Shown: piece by piece, positions 10,456 to 21,253 of the stretch | Numbering within the stretch: position 1 is the stretch's first letter | How the letters are laid out: the number at the start of each line of letters is the position of its first letter | Source of the DNA: a bacterium | GTDB lineage: Bacteria; UBA8248 | NCBI GenBank assembly: GCA_965207065.1 | Contig: OZ242260.1 | Span: 1,216,001-1,280,000 of the forward strand | Length of the DNA: 64,000 nucleotides | Reading direction: 5' to 3' | Translations under genes and position numbers: made by a program | Notes under the pieces: generated by a model | The model's database searches: none | Told to the model about the DNA's origin: nothing | Seen by the model: the letters and a program-made list of their open reading frames with translations, nothing else

Positions 10456-11523
10456 ATGACAACGTGTAAAACAATTCCGGGAATTCGCCTTTTTTTGGCG
10501 GCAGTAATTTTCATTTGCGCTATCGGGGCGAAGGGGTCCGCCTCGGCTGAGGAAATGTTTTTCAATTACGATGACTTCTCAATGCTCGAAGCCCCGCTCG
10601 CCACCGAGGTAGGCGACGTAACGCTCCTCCTGAGAGGCATGATCGAGGGAGCATCGACCTTCGGCCTGGGAAACGATGACGATGACGATACGGACGAGAG
10701 CCTGGACGGCAGCTTTCAGCTAGGCGCGCAGACGCAATTGCCCAACCGCTGGCGGGTTCGCCTGACCTATCTCGGGAAATACGCCACCGACCCGGAAGCC
10801 TCCCCCGATTCGGGCTTCGCCTCCAGGGTGGATGACGAATACGAGGACGATCTCGCACTATCGGTCGGCGGCGCCTGGGGAGCGGTGGTGGGCGGAAACG
10901 TTACAGAAGTCGTACGCGAACAGACGCAGCGCACGCCCGGAGCAGGGAGAGCCTCCCTGTCCTTCGACGACGTATTCGGCTCGCTAGAGGGTTGGGGCGG
11001 CGGCTATGTGGGCCGCTTCGGCCCCTGGGTGCTCAGCACCGTGGTGGATGAGGAGGGGAACTTCGATCTCGGGGCGACGTATCAGCGTCCAATCGGCGAC
11101 AAGGACTACCGGCTGACAACGCGGTATACCGAGGGCGTTTTCACTTCCGCCGACGGGCTGAGGCAATTCGACACCAGGGCGGCCAGCGGCGTCGGTGAAT
11201 TCATCTACGGCAGCGCCTTGTTCGACTTGGGTGCGGGCTATGAACGCCTTCAATCAGCCGTTCTGGAAGTCGAGCAGTGGTATGTCTCCTCAGGCGTCCG
11301 CATCAAAATCGGGGCCGTGAGCCTCTCCCTCGAAGGCCACTACGGTGAAGTTGAAGGAGAGGAGAAAACCTCCGCCGCCCTGGGCGTTCAATACGACGTG
11401 GCGCGGGGATTGTCCGCGAACGTCGGCTTGAACTACGAAGACGCTGACGTGAGCCTCGGGGGCGTGAACCTCATCGCATCCAAAGGGACCAAGGCCGTCA
11501 TTTCGGTGAGATACGCCTTCTAG
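10456..11523 (+). CDS. Outer-membrane porin-like beta-barrel protein
   Basis: Signal peptide, alternating amphipathic strands (LGVQYDVARGLSANVGLNY), C-terminal VRYAF signature; 4 nt downstream of the haloperoxidase. Confidence 0.7.
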   Translation: MTTCKTIPGIRLFLAAVIFICAIGAKGSASAEEMFFNYDDFSMLEAPLATEVGDVTLLLRGMIEGASTFGLGNDDDDDTDESLDGSFQLGAQTQLPNRWRVRLTYLGKYATDPEASPDSGFASRVDDEYEDDLALSVGGAWGAVVGGNVTEVVREQTQRTPGAGRASLSFDDVFGSLEGWGGGYVGRFGPWVLSTVVDEEGNFDLGATYQRPIGDKDYRLTTRYTEGVFTSADGLRQFDTRAASGVGEFIYGSALFDLGAGYERLQSAVLEVEQWYVSSGVRIKIGAVSLSLEGHYGEVEGEEKTSAALGVQYDVARGLSANVGLNYEDADVSLGGVNLIASKGTKAVISVRYAF

Positions 11524-11649
11524 CCGAGGAGGGGGCGAGACGGCGCTCGTTCCCTCCCTGATCATCTTTCCCAAGTTCGCTGGGACAGAACCCACACTCC
11601 AACAACGCGGGCATATGAGAGAGATAGCCAGGGACTGAGGCTGGAGCAG

Positions 11650-12519
11650 CTATTTCAGGTTCTTGAGATATCTTTTCACCTTGTAGCGTTCGGTGAGTTC
11701 GAGAAACTTCTGGCGCATCGCTTCCTGCCTGTTGCGCTCGCCCATTTCCTTGACGATTTTCTCCTGCACGTCCAGGAAGCTGAGCTGCCTGGCCCCCTGC
11801 TTTTGGGAGGTTTTCACTACGTGCCAGCCGTAGACACTGCGAACCACGCCGCTGTGTGCGCCCGGATCGAGCGAGAACGCCGTCTGCTCGATAATCTCGG
11901 GCAGACCCGTCTTTTTGCTGTAACCCCGTTCCATCTCCCCCAGGCTCCCGCCGAGCGCGCGCTCGGGCGCCAGGGAGTACTTCTTCGCCAGTTCAGCGAA
12001 ATCCTCCCCCTTGACGATCTTCGCCAGCAGATCCTTCGCCTCTTTCTCGGATGAGACCATGATGTGGGACGCGGTGACCTTGCCCCCCTCGGTGTATTTC
12101 AACTTGTTCTGCTCATACTCCGCGAGAATTTCGGCCGCCTTGGGCCGCGCGCCCTCCTCGATTCTGCGCAGCGCCTCGCCGATGAGAATCTCGCGCCGCG
12201 CGCGCGCTATCTGCATCTTCACCCGCTCGGTGCCCAGAAAATTACTCTCATCCGCATGCCGGAGCATGAGCATGCGCTGGATCAGGGCTTCCAGGAACGC
12301 CGCCTTGTTCGCTTGCGCCTGCGCCTGGATGTTGGCCGGCAACTGTTGGATGAAGGCGTTAAATGCCTCAAGCGTTATCGGCTTGTCTCCGACGTGCGCG
12401 ACGATGGCCTCCCCCGCCGCCTTCGGGCCCATCTTGGGCGCGGCGGATGCGGTGGAGATGATAATGAGAAAAGCCGCAAGGGTGAGCGTTGCAAATTTTA
12501 CGATAGGTGGGCGCGTCAT
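11650..12519 (-). CDS. PpiC/parvulin-type peptidyl-prolyl isomerase (PrsA/SurA-like), exported
   Basis: ASHIMV, GEDFAELAKKYS, GGSLG, YGWHVVK; start at MTRPP with GGAGG RBS. Confidence 0.88.
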   Translation of the reverse strand: MTRPPIVKFATLTLAAFLIIISTASAAPKMGPKAAGEAIVAHVGDKPITLEAFNAFIQQLPANIQAQAQANKAAFLEALIQRMLMLRHADESNFLGTERVKMQIARARREILIGEALRRIEEGARPKAAEILAEYEQNKLKYTEGGKVTASHIMVSSEKEAKDLLAKIVKGEDFAELAKKYSLAPERALGGSLGEMERGYSKKTGLPEIIEQTAFSLDPGAHSGVVRSVYGWHVVKTSQKQGARQLSFLDVQEKIVKEMGERNRQEAMRQKFLELTERYKVKRYLKNLK

Positions 12520-12598
12520 GACGTGACCTCCTGAAGGTATGGCGAGTAATTGGGAAACGGTGATCATACAACAATTCACTCAGGCTTGCCTTCCACCC

Positions 12599-13312
12599 TC
12601 AATCATCCGTCTTTTCCATTCGCTTCGGCCCGATGAGCAGGACGCACTCACCTTTTATCTTTCTGTCTTTTAGTTTCTCGGCCAGCCCCTGCGCCGTCTC
12701 CCTCAGAATCTCCTCGTGCAGTTTCGTGATCTCGCGCGCAAGGGCCAGGGGCCGCGCGGGCGCGATGGCGGCGATTTCGCTTGCGAGCCTTGGCGTTCTG
12801 TGGGGCGATTCGAACACGACGACCGTGCGCTCCTCATCCAGCAGCGCCTCGATTTTTTGAAGCCTCTTGCGGCCTTTGGAAGGAAGAAACCCCTCGAATA
12901 CGAAGCTGTCCGTGGGAAGCCCCGAGGCGGTGAGGGCGGCCAGAACGGAGGATGCGCCGGGCACGGGGACGACGGCGACGCCCGCTTCTATCGCGGCGCG
13001 CACCACCCGGTAGGCGGGGTCGGAAACCCCCGGCGTTCCCGCGTCGGACACCACGGCGACCCGCTCGCCACTCATTGCGCGCCCGGCCAACTCACCTGCT
13101 CGCCTCGCTTCGTTGTGTTCGTGGTAGCTCACGAGCGGTTTCTTGATGCCGAGGCGCGAGAGCAGCCTCCCCGTGTGGCGGGTATCTTCACACGCAATGA
13201 GGTCGCACTCGCGCAATACTCTTAAAGCCCGCGCTGTAATGTCTTCTAAATTTCCAATCGGTGTGGCGACGAGATAGACGCCGGGGGAGAGGGGCGGCGG
13301 CGGTTTGGCCAT
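12599..13312 (-). CDS. rsmI: 16S rRNA C1402 2'-O-methyltransferase
   Basis: YLVATPIGNLEDIT, ACEDTRHT, VSDAGTPGVSDP, FESPHR, AREITKLHEE. Confidence 0.95.
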   Translation of the reverse strand: MAKPPPPLSPGVYLVATPIGNLEDITARALRVLRECDLIACEDTRHTGRLLSRLGIKKPLVSYHEHNEARRAGELAGRAMSGERVAVVSDAGTPGVSDPAYRVVRAAIEAGVAVVPVPGASSVLAALTASGLPTDSFVFEGFLPSKGRKRLQKIEALLDEERTVVVFESPHRTPRLASEIAAIAPARPLALAREITKLHEEILRETAQGLAEKLKDRKIKGECVLLIGPKRMEKTDD

Positions 13313-13316
13313 GCGC

Positions 13317-14519
13317 TCAGGCCACGACGCCCGCTTCTCGCAGGTTCTTTATTTCTTCCTCGCTCGTGCCGAACTCACGCAGCACTTGGTCGGTGTGCTC
13401 GCCCAACAGGGGCGCGGGCGTCCTCACGCCGACGCGCGTCGCAGACAACTTGGGCGGGAAGCCCAGAACCCGTATGCGGCCCGCCGCGGGGTGCTCCATA
13501 TCGACGCTCATCTCTCTCGCCTGAATCTGGGGATGGTCAAATGTTTCCGACATGTTCAGAATCGGCCCGCAGGGGATTCCGCCCGAATCCAGAAGCGCCA
13601 CCCAATCGTCCCGCGTCTTTTCGATGAACACCTCTTCGAGTTCGCCTGCGAGCGCGAGATAGTTCTCGCGCCTCAAGCCGTCGGTGGCGTATTCCTCGCG
13701 CTCCAGGAGGTCTTCCCGCCCGATAGTATCGCAGAACAATTCCCAGTTCCTCTGGTTGGCGGCGCCCAAAGCCAGATAGCCGTCCTTGCACTGAAAGGCC
13801 TGGTACGGGGCCGTCATCTCGTGCGCGGAGCCGAGCGGTTCCGGCGGCTCGCCCGATGGGAAGAACTGCGACGCCTGCCAGAACGTGTAGCCGAGCCCTG
13901 CGTCGGTCAGCGCCATGTCGATGCGCTGGCCCTCGCCCGTGCGCTGTTTGTGGATATAGGCGGAGAGGATCGAGAGCGCCGTGTACATGCCTGCGTTCAA
14001 ATCGCATATCGGTACGGGTATCTTCGCGGGCGCGCCGCCGGGTTCGCCCGTGAAGCTCATGAGGCTCGAGAGGCCCTGCGAAACCAGGTCGAACCCGCCC
14101 TTGCCCGCGAAAGGACCCGTATCGCCATAGCCTGAGATGGAGGCATAGACGAGGCCCGGGTTCAGTTCTTTCAAGTCCTCATAGCCCAGCCCCAGGCGGG
14201 TCATGATGCCGGGCCGTATGTTCTCGACGAACACGTCGACCCCTTTCGCGAGTTCTTTCATGAGCGCGACGCCTTCGGGCGTTTTCATGTTCACCGAAAC
14301 GCTGCGCTTGTTGCGATTCAGGTTCATGAAGCCGTGCGCCTCGCCGCCGTCGAAGTAGCGGCCCAGCCGGCGCGCGCTGTCGCCGCCGTCGGGATTTTCG
14401 ATCTTGATGACGTCCGCGCCCATGTCCGCCAGCAGGCACCCGCAGAACGGGCCGGCCATCACCTGGCAGACCTCCAGCACGCGAACGCCCTCTAGCGGCC
14501 CGCCCGTCTTTCGGCTCAT
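13317..14519 (-). CDS. CaiB/BaiF family III CoA-transferase
   Basis: GPLEGVRVLE...MAGP...GADVIKIE, LNRNKRS, SISGYGDTGP, PICD. Confidence 0.92.
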   Translation of the reverse strand: MSRKTGGPLEGVRVLEVCQVMAGPFCGCLLADMGADVIKIENPDGGDSARRLGRYFDGGEAHGFMNLNRNKRSVSVNMKTPEGVALMKELAKGVDVFVENIRPGIMTRLGLGYEDLKELNPGLVYASISGYGDTGPFAGKGGFDLVSQGLSSLMSFTGEPGGAPAKIPVPICDLNAGMYTALSILSAYIHKQRTGEGQRIDMALTDAGLGYTFWQASQFFPSGEPPEPLGSAHEMTAPYQAFQCKDGYLALGAANQRNWELFCDTIGREDLLEREEYATDGLRRENYLALAGELEEVFIEKTRDDWVALLDSGGIPCGPILNMSETFDHPQIQAREMSVDMEHPAAGRIRVLGFPPKLSATRVGVRTPAPLLGEHTDQVLREFGTSEEEIKNLREAGVVA

Positions 14520-14524
14520 CTGTT

Positions 14525-15334
14525 TTATTTTCCCCGGAATTCAGGCGTGCGCTTGTTCAGAAACGCCTCCACGCCTTCCCTGAAGTCTTCTGTGTCGAAA
14601 CAGGCGACCTCGCGCGCCCTCTCTTCTTCGGTAAGAGTGGAGAGGTTCGGATCGAGCAACACCTTCTTCACGAAACCCTTGTGCCACTTGTGAACCAGGG
14701 GCGCCAGGGAAACGATGCGCTCCGCCATCTCATACGCCGCGGCCTCCACCTCCTCGTCCGGCACGACGCGCGCCAGAAAGCCCGCGTCGAGCATCTCCTT
14801 CGACGTGAAGAGCTTGGCGGTCAGCAGCATATCCAGCGTGCGCGCGGGGCCGATGGAATACACGAAGCGCCTGAGTTCGGAATAGCCCGCCACGAGGCCG
14901 AGTTTGGCCACCGGTATCCCGAAGCGAGAACTCTCGCCCGCGACCCGCAGGTCCGTAGCGGCGGCAAGTTCCACGCCCCCGCCCACGCAGGCGCCGCGAA
15001 TGAGGCAGATGACGGGTTTCGAGAAGGCATCCACCGCGTCGAGGCCGCGAAGGAATCCTGTTTCCGAGAAATGCTTCGCTTGCTCCGAGCTGTAGCGCTC
15101 CTGCTTGAAGCGAGAGATGTCCGCCCCGGCCGAGAAGGCGCGTTCGCCGGCGCCCCGGAAGACGACGGCGCGCACCGAGTCGTCCGCGTCGAGTTCGGGC
15201 ATGAGGCTGCCGATTTCCACCCACATCTCATACTCGATGGCGTTCAGCCGCTCGGGCGCGTTGAAGGTGATCGTCGCCACCGCATCCTTGCGGGAGAGGA
15301 GTATTTTTCCGTCCGCGCGTTGTTCTTCGCTCAC
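14525..15334 (-). CDS. Enoyl-CoA hydratase/isomerase family protein
   Basis: AFSAGADI, GACVGGGVEL, FGIPVAKLGL, EDFREGVEAFLNKRTPEFRG. Confidence 0.9.
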   Translation of the reverse strand: MSEEQRADGKILLSRKDAVATITFNAPERLNAIEYEMWVEIGSLMPELDADDSVRAVVFRGAGERAFSAGADISRFKQERYSSEQAKHFSETGFLRGLDAVDAFSKPVICLIRGACVGGGVELAAATDLRVAGESSRFGIPVAKLGLVAGYSELRRFVYSIGPARTLDMLLTAKLFTSKEMLDAGFLARVVPDEEVEAAAYEMAERIVSLAPLVHKWHKGFVKKVLLDPNLSTLTEEERAREVACFDTEDFREGVEAFLNKRTPEFRGK

Positions 15335-15426
15335 GTCACTCGCCTCGATTCAATCTCTATCGGTTCGAACCGCTTCATGGCGCCAGCCGGAATTTCGCGC
15401 CGTCGTTCGATATACGGGAGATATGC

Positions 15427-15645
15427 TTATGCCTCCTGCGCATCCTTGTATTCTTCGAGCCACGCCATCTGGATGGCCTCGAGCTTGCCCTCCGTCGAGG
15501 TCTTTGGATCGTCGTCGAACTCCTCGAGTTCGCACACCCACTCGTGCAGATCCGTGAAACGGACGGAGAGCGGCTCGATCTTCGGATATTTCTCATATAG
15601 CGCGATGCCGATATCTTCGGCGTCTTCCCAGCCAAACGTGTCCAC
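15427..15645 (-). CDS. iscX: Fe-S cluster assembly protein IscX
   Basis: WEDAEDIGIALYE...VRFTDLHEWV...FDDDP...LEAIQMAWLEE; GTG start with AGGAG RBS; last isc gene. Confidence 0.92.
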   Translation of the reverse strand: MDTFGWEDAEDIGIALYEKYPKIEPLSVRFTDLHEWVCELEEFDDDPKTSTEGKLEAIQMAWLEEYKDAQEA

Positions 15646-15670
15646 CAGTTCTTCTCCTGAACCGAATTTC

Positions 15671-16027
15671 CTAATGGGCGTGCTGTTCACGGGCGGCGTC
15701 CGGGCCTTCCTGAACGAGGTTCACGTTCCAGAACGGAACCTCTATCTCGATGACTTCGTCCGTATCGGTCTCCAGCGTCGCCTGGCAAGCCAGCCGGCTG
15801 TCGAGGTCCACGTCACGCGCGTCGTCGAGCTGATCTTCCTCATCCTCGGTGGATTCGTTGAACGAATCCGCGCCCGTCCGGATTTTGACGTGGCATGTCG
15901 AGCAGGCGCACACGCCGCCGCAGGCATGATCCAGGTCGAAGCCGTTTTCAAGCGCCACTTCGAGAATGTTCTCGCCCTCATGGATCTCTATCGTCTGTTT
16001 CTCTTCTGTGAAATAAAGTTTCGCCAT
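15671..16027 (-). CDS. fdx: ISC-type 2Fe-2S ferredoxin
   Basis: HACGGVCACSTCHV...SRLACQ. Confidence 0.93.
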   Translation of the reverse strand: MAKLYFTEEKQTIEIHEGENILEVALENGFDLDHACGGVCACSTCHVKIRTGADSFNESTEDEEDQLDDARDVDLDSRLACQATLETDTDEVIEIEVPFWNVNLVQEGPDAAREQHAH

Positions 16028-16065
16028 TTTCTTCCCCTGCGCCCCGCGCGAGTCGCCTGCGGTAT

Positions 16066-17901
16066 CTAGTCGTTGAGGGCTTCGCTCACCCTCTTGTTCT
16101 CCAAGGTAGATTTCAAAACGTTATCCATCATCCGCTCTGCGAGCGGCATCGTGACTTCGTTGAGCGCGTCGACCATATCGCGAATCTGGCCTGCGTCCTC
16201 GCCCCGGCAGGATTCTTCCAGCGCGCTCACGGCTTCCTGGATTTTCGCGCGCTCCTCGGGAGAGACGGCATCGTCACCATAATCGTTCATCGCTCGTGCC
16301 GTGGCCATGAGAATGGTTTCCGCCTCGGTCCTGGCGTCCATAACCTGTCGTGAGCGGATGTCCTGCTCTGCATGTTCGAAAGATTCGATGAGCATGCGCT
16401 CGACCTGCTCGTCCGTCAGCCCGTAGGAGGGCTGCACATCCACCGAGGCCGCCTTGCCGCTCCTCAGGTCCCGGGCCGTGACGTTCAGGATGCCGTTGGC
16501 GTCGAGCAGAAACGTCACCTCCACGCGGGCGAGACCCGCAGGAGCGGGGTCGACCGCCAGGCGGAAGCGCGCGAGCGAGCGGTTGTCCTTCACCAGTTCG
16601 CGTTCTCCCTGGAGGACGTGGATATCCACGCCCGTCTGGTTGTCCTTGAAGGTGGTGTAGGTTTCCCTGGCGCTCGTGGGGATGGTGGTGTTGCGCGGAA
16701 TAATCCACCCCATGACGCCGCCCATCGTCTCGATACCCAAAGAAAGCGGCGTCACGTCGAGAAGGAGCATGTCCTTTCTGCCGCCTGAGAGGATGTCCGC
16801 CTGCACGGCCGCGCCCAGGGCCACCACCTCGTCGGGGTCCAGGTCCGCATGCGGGCGTTTTTCGAACAACTCCTCCACCATGCGTCGGATGAGGGGCATG
16901 CGGGTGGACCCGCCCACCAGAACGACCTCATCCACTTCCCCGGGCGTGAGGCCTGCGTCCGCAAGCGCGCGCTTGCAAGGCGCCAGCGTGCGCTGGGCGA
17001 TGGGCCAGAGGAGCGCTTCCATCTCCTCGCGGGCGAGACTTCCCTTGTGGGCGAGCGGGACGCCGCCGGGGTTTTCGAGGATGTATTCCGTAGAATCACT
17101 GTCTGAGAGCGTCTTCTTTACGTGTTCGGACAAAAGCGCGAGTTCGGCCAGCGCCTCGGGGATTTCGCTCAAATCCACACCATGTTCTTCGAGGATTTCC
17201 TTCTGGACGTGTCGGGATATCGCCTGATCGAAATCATCTCCGCCCAGGCGGGTATCCCCGCCGGTGGAGAGCACTTCGAACACGCCGTCCTTGATCCTTA
17301 ATAGTGAGATGTCGAACGTGCCGCCGCCCAGGTCGTACACCGCAACGACGCCGCGGTTTCGTTCGTGAAGGCCATAGGCGAGAGAAGCCGCCGTGGGTTC
17401 GTTGATGATGCGGAGCACTTCCAGGCCGGCGAGCTTGCCTGCGTCTTTCGTCGCCTGGCGCTGCGCGTCGTTGAAATACGCCGGCACCGTCACCACCGCC
17501 CGAAGGACAGGCCTGCCGAGCATTTTTTCCGCTCGGGATTTCAGGCGTCTCAGCACCAGGGCGCTAATCTCGGGCGCGCTGTAGGATCGTCCCTGCGCCA
17601 GCACGTGAACGACTTCCCGCTCATCGGGGTCCGCACAGAAGGGCAGGTGGCGCATATCATCTTTTACGTCCTCATAGCCCCTGCCCATGAATCGCTTGAT
17701 GGAAAAAATGGTGTTCCGGCTGTTGGATACGCGCTCATCCTGCGCCTCATCGCCTGTGAGAACGCTGTCGGAGCGAAAGCTCACCACGGAAGGCAGGATG
17801 CCGCGCTCCCCCTCAGGCGCGAGTATCGCCGGTTCCCCTCCCGATACGGAAGCGACCAGGCTGTTCGTCGTGCCCAGGTCGATTCCGACGATCTCGCTCA
17901 T
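16066..17901 (-). CDS. hscA: Fe-S protein assembly chaperone HscA (Hsp70)
   Basis: [42 protein letters not shown]; isc operon context. Confidence 0.93.
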   Translation of the reverse strand: MSEIVGIDLGTTNSLVASVSGGEPAILAPEGERGILPSVVSFRSDSVLTGDEAQDERVSNSRNTIFSIKRFMGRGYEDVKDDMRHLPFCADPDEREVVHVLAQGRSYSAPEISALVLRRLKSRAEKMLGRPVLRAVVTVPAYFNDAQRQATKDAGKLAGLEVLRIINEPTAASLAYGLHERNRGVVAVYDLGGGTFDISLLRIKDGVFEVLSTGGDTRLGGDDFDQAISRHVQKEILEEHGVDLSEIPEALAELALLSEHVKKTLSDSDSTEYILENPGGVPLAHKGSLAREEMEALLWPIAQRTLAPCKRALADAGLTPGEVDEVVLVGGSTRMPLIRRMVEELFEKRPHADLDPDEVVALGAAVQADILSGGRKDMLLLDVTPLSLGIETMGGVMGWIIPRNTTIPTSARETYTTFKDNQTGVDIHVLQGERELVKDNRSLARFRLAVDPAPAGLARVEVTFLLDANGILNVTARDLRSGKAASVDVQPSYGLTDEQVERMLIESFEHAEQDIRSRQVMDARTEAETILMATARAMNDYGDDAVSPEERAKIQEAVSALEESCRGEDAGQIRDMVDALNEVTMPLAERMMDNVLKSTLENKRVSEALND

Positions 17902-18539
17902 TCACTCTCCTCCAGGGCGCGCTTGAGGCTCGTGAGGGTGTTCTCGATGTAGTTTCTCTGTCCGAGGATGGAGCGCATCTTCCTGACGACTTCAGGCGGC
18001 GCGGATTCGTTTTTTTCCATCGCTTCGTCCCATGCGGCGCCCAGCTTATCGAGCGCCGTGTGCTGTCCATCCCTGAGCGCTGAAAAACAACCCATGGCCG
18101 CGTTCAAGCGCTCGCGCAAATTCTCGGCTTCTTCCTCGTCCACGCAGCACTGAAACTCCTCTGCCGCTTCCTGGGCCTCGAATATCTCCTCGAATAACTC
18201 GGGCGGTGGCGTCCGCTCGTTCTCCTCGAGCTTTCCGCTTTCGAGTTGCACGAGGTAGATAATCCGGGCAATCGGATCCTTGAGGGTCTGGTACGCCTCA
18301 TTGATGCGGGCTGTTGCATCAAGGCTCCTGATCCGCACCGCGACGGGCGCATCCATGAAAAAATCGGGGTGAAGCTTCCGGTTCAGTTCGTAGAATTTGG
18401 TTTCGAGCGCTTCCGTGTCGAGATCGCACTTTCTCCCAACGCCCAGTAAGACGAAATGATCGACCTCGGCGGGAATGGCTTCTATTTCGCCATCTTCATT
18501 GAAAACGGAAAAAGGCTTTTCTTTCGTCGCTTCGCTCAT
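17898..18539 (-). CDS. hscB: Co-chaperone HscB (J-domain)
   Basis: HPD motif (KLHPDFF), INEAYQTLKDP; overlaps the hscA start. Confidence 0.9.
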   Translation of the reverse strand: MSEATKEKPFSVFNEDGEIEAIPAEVDHFVLLGVGRKCDLDTEALETKFYELNRKLHPDFFMDAPVAVRIRSLDATARINEAYQTLKDPIARIIYLVQLESGKLEENERTPPPELFEEIFEAQEAAEEFQCCVDEEEAENLRERLNAAMGCFSALRDGQHTALDKLGAAWDEAMEKNESAPPEVVRKMRSILGQRNYIENTLTSLKRALEESE

Positions 18540-18583
18540 CTCGCGATTCCAGGCCCGCATGAACCGCCGGGCGCATTGAACTC

Positions 18584-18631
18584 AAAAGAAAAACGCGTCG
18601 CTATCCCATATGGCATGGGCGCGGCGCGTTT
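18584..18631 (-). terminator. Possible intrinsic terminator/attenuator between iscA and hscB
   Basis: Imperfect GC-rich hairpin (AAACGCGTCGC...GCGGCGCGTTT) followed by TTTTTCTTTT on the minus strand. Confidence 0.4.
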
Positions 18632-18644
18632 CATCCCGGTTGCG

Positions 18645-19001
18645 TTACGCGGAAAAACTTTCCCCGCAACCACAGGACTGGCGTGCGTTGGGATTTTTGA
18701 ACACAAACCCCTTGCCCATCAGCCCGTCTTCAAATTCCAGCGTGGTGCCCGCCAGGAAAAAGAGACTCTTCTTGTCCACAACCACACGGACACCGTCTTT
18801 TTCGAACACCTCATCCATCAGCGGGTTGATCCGTTCTTCGCCCTCGAACTGCAGGACGTAGGAAAGCCCGGAACAGCCTCCTCCCTTCACGCCGACGCGG
18901 AGGACGTGGCTCTGCGCCCCTTCTTTCTCCCTGAAGCGGTTCACGTGCTCCACCGCCTTGTCGGTGATTTCGATGCTCAGTCTTTTCGCAGCGGTCTCCA
19001 T
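18645..19001 (-). CDS. iscA: A-type Fe-S carrier IscA
   Basis: GGGCSGLSY and NPNARQSCGCGESF. Confidence 0.93.
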   Translation of the reverse strand: METAAKRLSIEITDKAVEHVNRFREKEGAQSHVLRVGVKGGGCSGLSYVLQFEGEERINPLMDEVFEKDGVRVVVDKKSLFFLAGTTLEFEDGLMGKGFVFKNPNARQSCGCGESFSA

Positions 19002-19032
19002 ACCCTACCCCTTGCAGGTGAATCGCCCGCTT

Positions 19033-19443
19033 CTAGTGATGACCCTTGCGCTCGACGACCGGCATGCCGTTTTTCTCGCGAAAATCGTTCAGGGCGGTCT
19101 TGATGGCGTCTTCCGCCAGCACCGAACAGTGAATCTTCACCGGCGGGAGGTTCAACTCCTCGACGATCTGCGTGTTCTTGATCTCCTCGGCCTCGTCCAC
19201 CGTCTTGCCCTTGAGCCACTCGGTGGCCAGGGAACTCGAGGCGATGGCGCTTCCGCAGCCGAAGGTCTTGAACTTCGCATCCTCGATGAGGCCGCCATCG
19301 TCCACCTTGATTTGGAGCTTCATCACGTCGCCGCATTCGGGCGCGCCGACGATGCCCGTGCCCACCGTCTGGTCGGCCTTGTCGAGCGAGCCGACGTTGC
19401 GCGGGTTGTTGTAGTGATCGACCACCTTGTCGCTGTAAGCCAT
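19033..19443 (-). CDS. iscU: Fe-S scaffold IscU
   Basis: MAYSDKVVDHYNNPRNVG, APECGDVM, FGCGSAIASSS, LPPVKIHCS. Confidence 0.97.
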   Translation of the reverse strand: MAYSDKVVDHYNNPRNVGSLDKADQTVGTGIVGAPECGDVMKLQIKVDDGGLIEDAKFKTFGCGSAIASSSLATEWLKGKTVDEAEEIKNTQIVEELNLPPVKIHCSVLAEDAIKTALNDFREKNGMPVVERKGHH

Positions 19444-19527
19444 TTTCCCGTTCTCCTCTTTCCAATTGCTGCGATTCCAGGTTTCCGTGAGCCGCAGGCT
19501 CTATATCAAAATAAGCTTAACGCTCCT

Positions 19528-20748
19528 TTAATGCGACTGCCATTCCACCTTGGAGAGGTCCACCCCCTCTTTCACCATCTCATAAAGCGGGCTCATCTCG
19601 CGAAGTCTGTTCACGATGTCCGTCGTCTTCTCGGCCACGTAGTCTATCTCCTCCTCGGTGGAGAAGCGCCCGAAGCCGTAGCGAATCGACGAATGCGCCA
19701 GCTCATCGCCCCGGCCCATGGCCTTGAGCACGTAGCTCGGTTCGAGACTCGCCGAGGTGCAGGCCGAGCCTGAGGACACGGCCACGTCGCTCAGTCCCAT
19801 GATGAGCGATTCGCCTTCCACGTAGGGGAAGCTCAGGTTCAGGTTGCCCGAGAGGCGATTGGTCTCATGGCCGTTCACGTACACTTCATCCAAGCTCTCG
19901 AACATGGTGGCCTTGAACTTGTCGCGCAGGTTCGTCAGGCGGATGTTCTCCTCCTCCATCTCCTCCATGCACAACTCGGCCGCCTTGCCGAAGCCGACGA
20001 TGCCCGAGACGTTCAGCGTGCCAGAGCGCATTCCACGCTCGTGGCCGCCGCCGTCGATGATGGCGGAAAGGCGAACGCGCGGTCTGCGCCTGCGCACGTA
20101 AATCAATCCCACGCCCTTGGGTCCGTAGACCTTGTGGGCGGAAGCCGAGAGGAGGTCGATGTTCATCTCGTCCACGTCGATGGGAATCTTGCCGTAGCCC
20201 TGCGTGGCGTCGGTGTGAAAGAGGATGCCGCGGCCCCGGCACAGCGCGCCGATCTCGGCGATGGGGTTCAGCACGCCGACCTCGTTGTTCGCCGCCATGA
20301 TGGAGACGAGGATGGTGTCGTCGCGCATGGCGTCCTCGACCATCTCGGCCGTCGTGATGGCGTCCTCGGGAGGCTCGATGTAGGTGACGTCGAAACCCCA
20401 GGTCTCCAGGCGCTTGGCGGAGTCGATGATGGCTTTGTGCTCGATCGCCGAGGTGATGATGTGGTTGCCCTTTTTCTTGTACATCTCGGCGACGCCCTTG
20501 AGCGCCATGTTGTCGGACTCCGTGGCCCCGCTGGTGAAGATGATCTCGCGCGGGTCTGCGCCTATGACGGCGGCGAGCTTCTCCCGGGCGTCGTCCACAG
20601 CTTTTTCCGCCTCCCAGCCGAAGCTGTGGTTGCGGCTCGCGGCGTTGCCGAATTTCTCGTCGAAGTAGGGATTCATCTCTTCATGAACCCGCGGGTCCAT
20701 GGGAGTCGTCGCCTGGTAATCCATGTAAATGGGGAACTTCAAGCTCAT
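19528..20748 (-). CDS. iscS: Cysteine desulfurase IscS
   Basis: [19 protein letters not shown] (PLP Lys), [17 protein letters not shown]. Confidence 0.97.
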   Translation of the reverse strand: MSLKFPIYMDYQATTPMDPRVHEEMNPYFDEKFGNAASRNHSFGWEAEKAVDDAREKLAAVIGADPREIIFTSGATESDNMALKGVAEMYKKKGNHIITSAIEHKAIIDSAKRLETWGFDVTYIEPPEDAITTAEMVEDAMRDDTILVSIMAANNEVGVLNPIAEIGALCRGRGILFHTDATQGYGKIPIDVDEMNIDLLSASAHKVYGPKGVGLIYVRRRRPRVRLSAIIDGGGHERGMRSGTLNVSGIVGFGKAAELCMEEMEEENIRLTNLRDKFKATMFESLDEVYVNGHETNRLSGNLNLSFPYVEGESLIMGLSDVAVSSGSACTSASLEPSYVLKAMGRGDELAHSSIRYGFGRFSTEEEIDYVAEKTTDIVNRLREMSPLYEMVKEGVDLSKVEWQSH

Positions 20749-21170
20749 CTGATCTCTCCTGCCGGCGTACCGACCATGTCCTGAAGGGTCATTCCCTCAA
20801 GCACGTCGGTCACCTTTTTCTGGATCTTTTCCATGGGATAAAAAATCGTGCATTTCTCGTATTGTTCACAGCCCGTGGCGTCGCCAATCTGGCACGTCGC
20901 CATGGCGATGGGACCCTCGATGGCTCGAATGACCTCCGCCACCGAAATCGTCTCCGGTCTACGCGAGAGAACGTAGCCGCCCTTGGGCCCGTTTCTCGAC
21001 TCCACGAGTCCGTTCCTGGCCAGAAGCTGCATCGTCTTCGCCAGCAGTTCAGCAGGTATGTGGAACCTGCAAGCGATGGCTCGCGAGGTGATGGCCGCAT
21101 CCTCTTCCTGCTCCGCAAGGTAGGAGAGAGCCATCAAACCGTAATCCGTACGCTTGGCAATCGTGAACAT
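20745..21170 (-). CDS. iscR: Rrf2-family regulator (IscR-like)
   Basis: wHTH with [13 protein letters not shown], three C-terminal Cys; first gene of the isc operon. Confidence 0.85.
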   Translation of the reverse strand: MFTIAKRTDYGLMALSYLAEQEEDAAITSRAIACRFHIPAELLAKTMQLLARNGLVESRNGPKGGYVLSRRPETISVAEVIRAIEGPIAMATCQIGDATGCEQYEKCTIFYPMEKIQKKVTDVLEGMTLQDMVGTPAGEIR

Positions 21171-21253
21171 CCCACTTACCGCCTTGAATTATACCGGGTT
21201 ATCGGTCAAATCCGACCATTTGGAAGCTGACGGCTTTTGTCGTCCTCTAAATA

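Noticed and set aside
14681-16069. 462-aa plus-strand ORF
   Set aside because: Antisense to the enoyl-CoA hydratase, iscX and fdx genes; no motifs
16066-17901. Hsp70 as dnaK
   Set aside because: The isc operon context with hscB and fdx, and the TTNSLVA motif, indicate hscA
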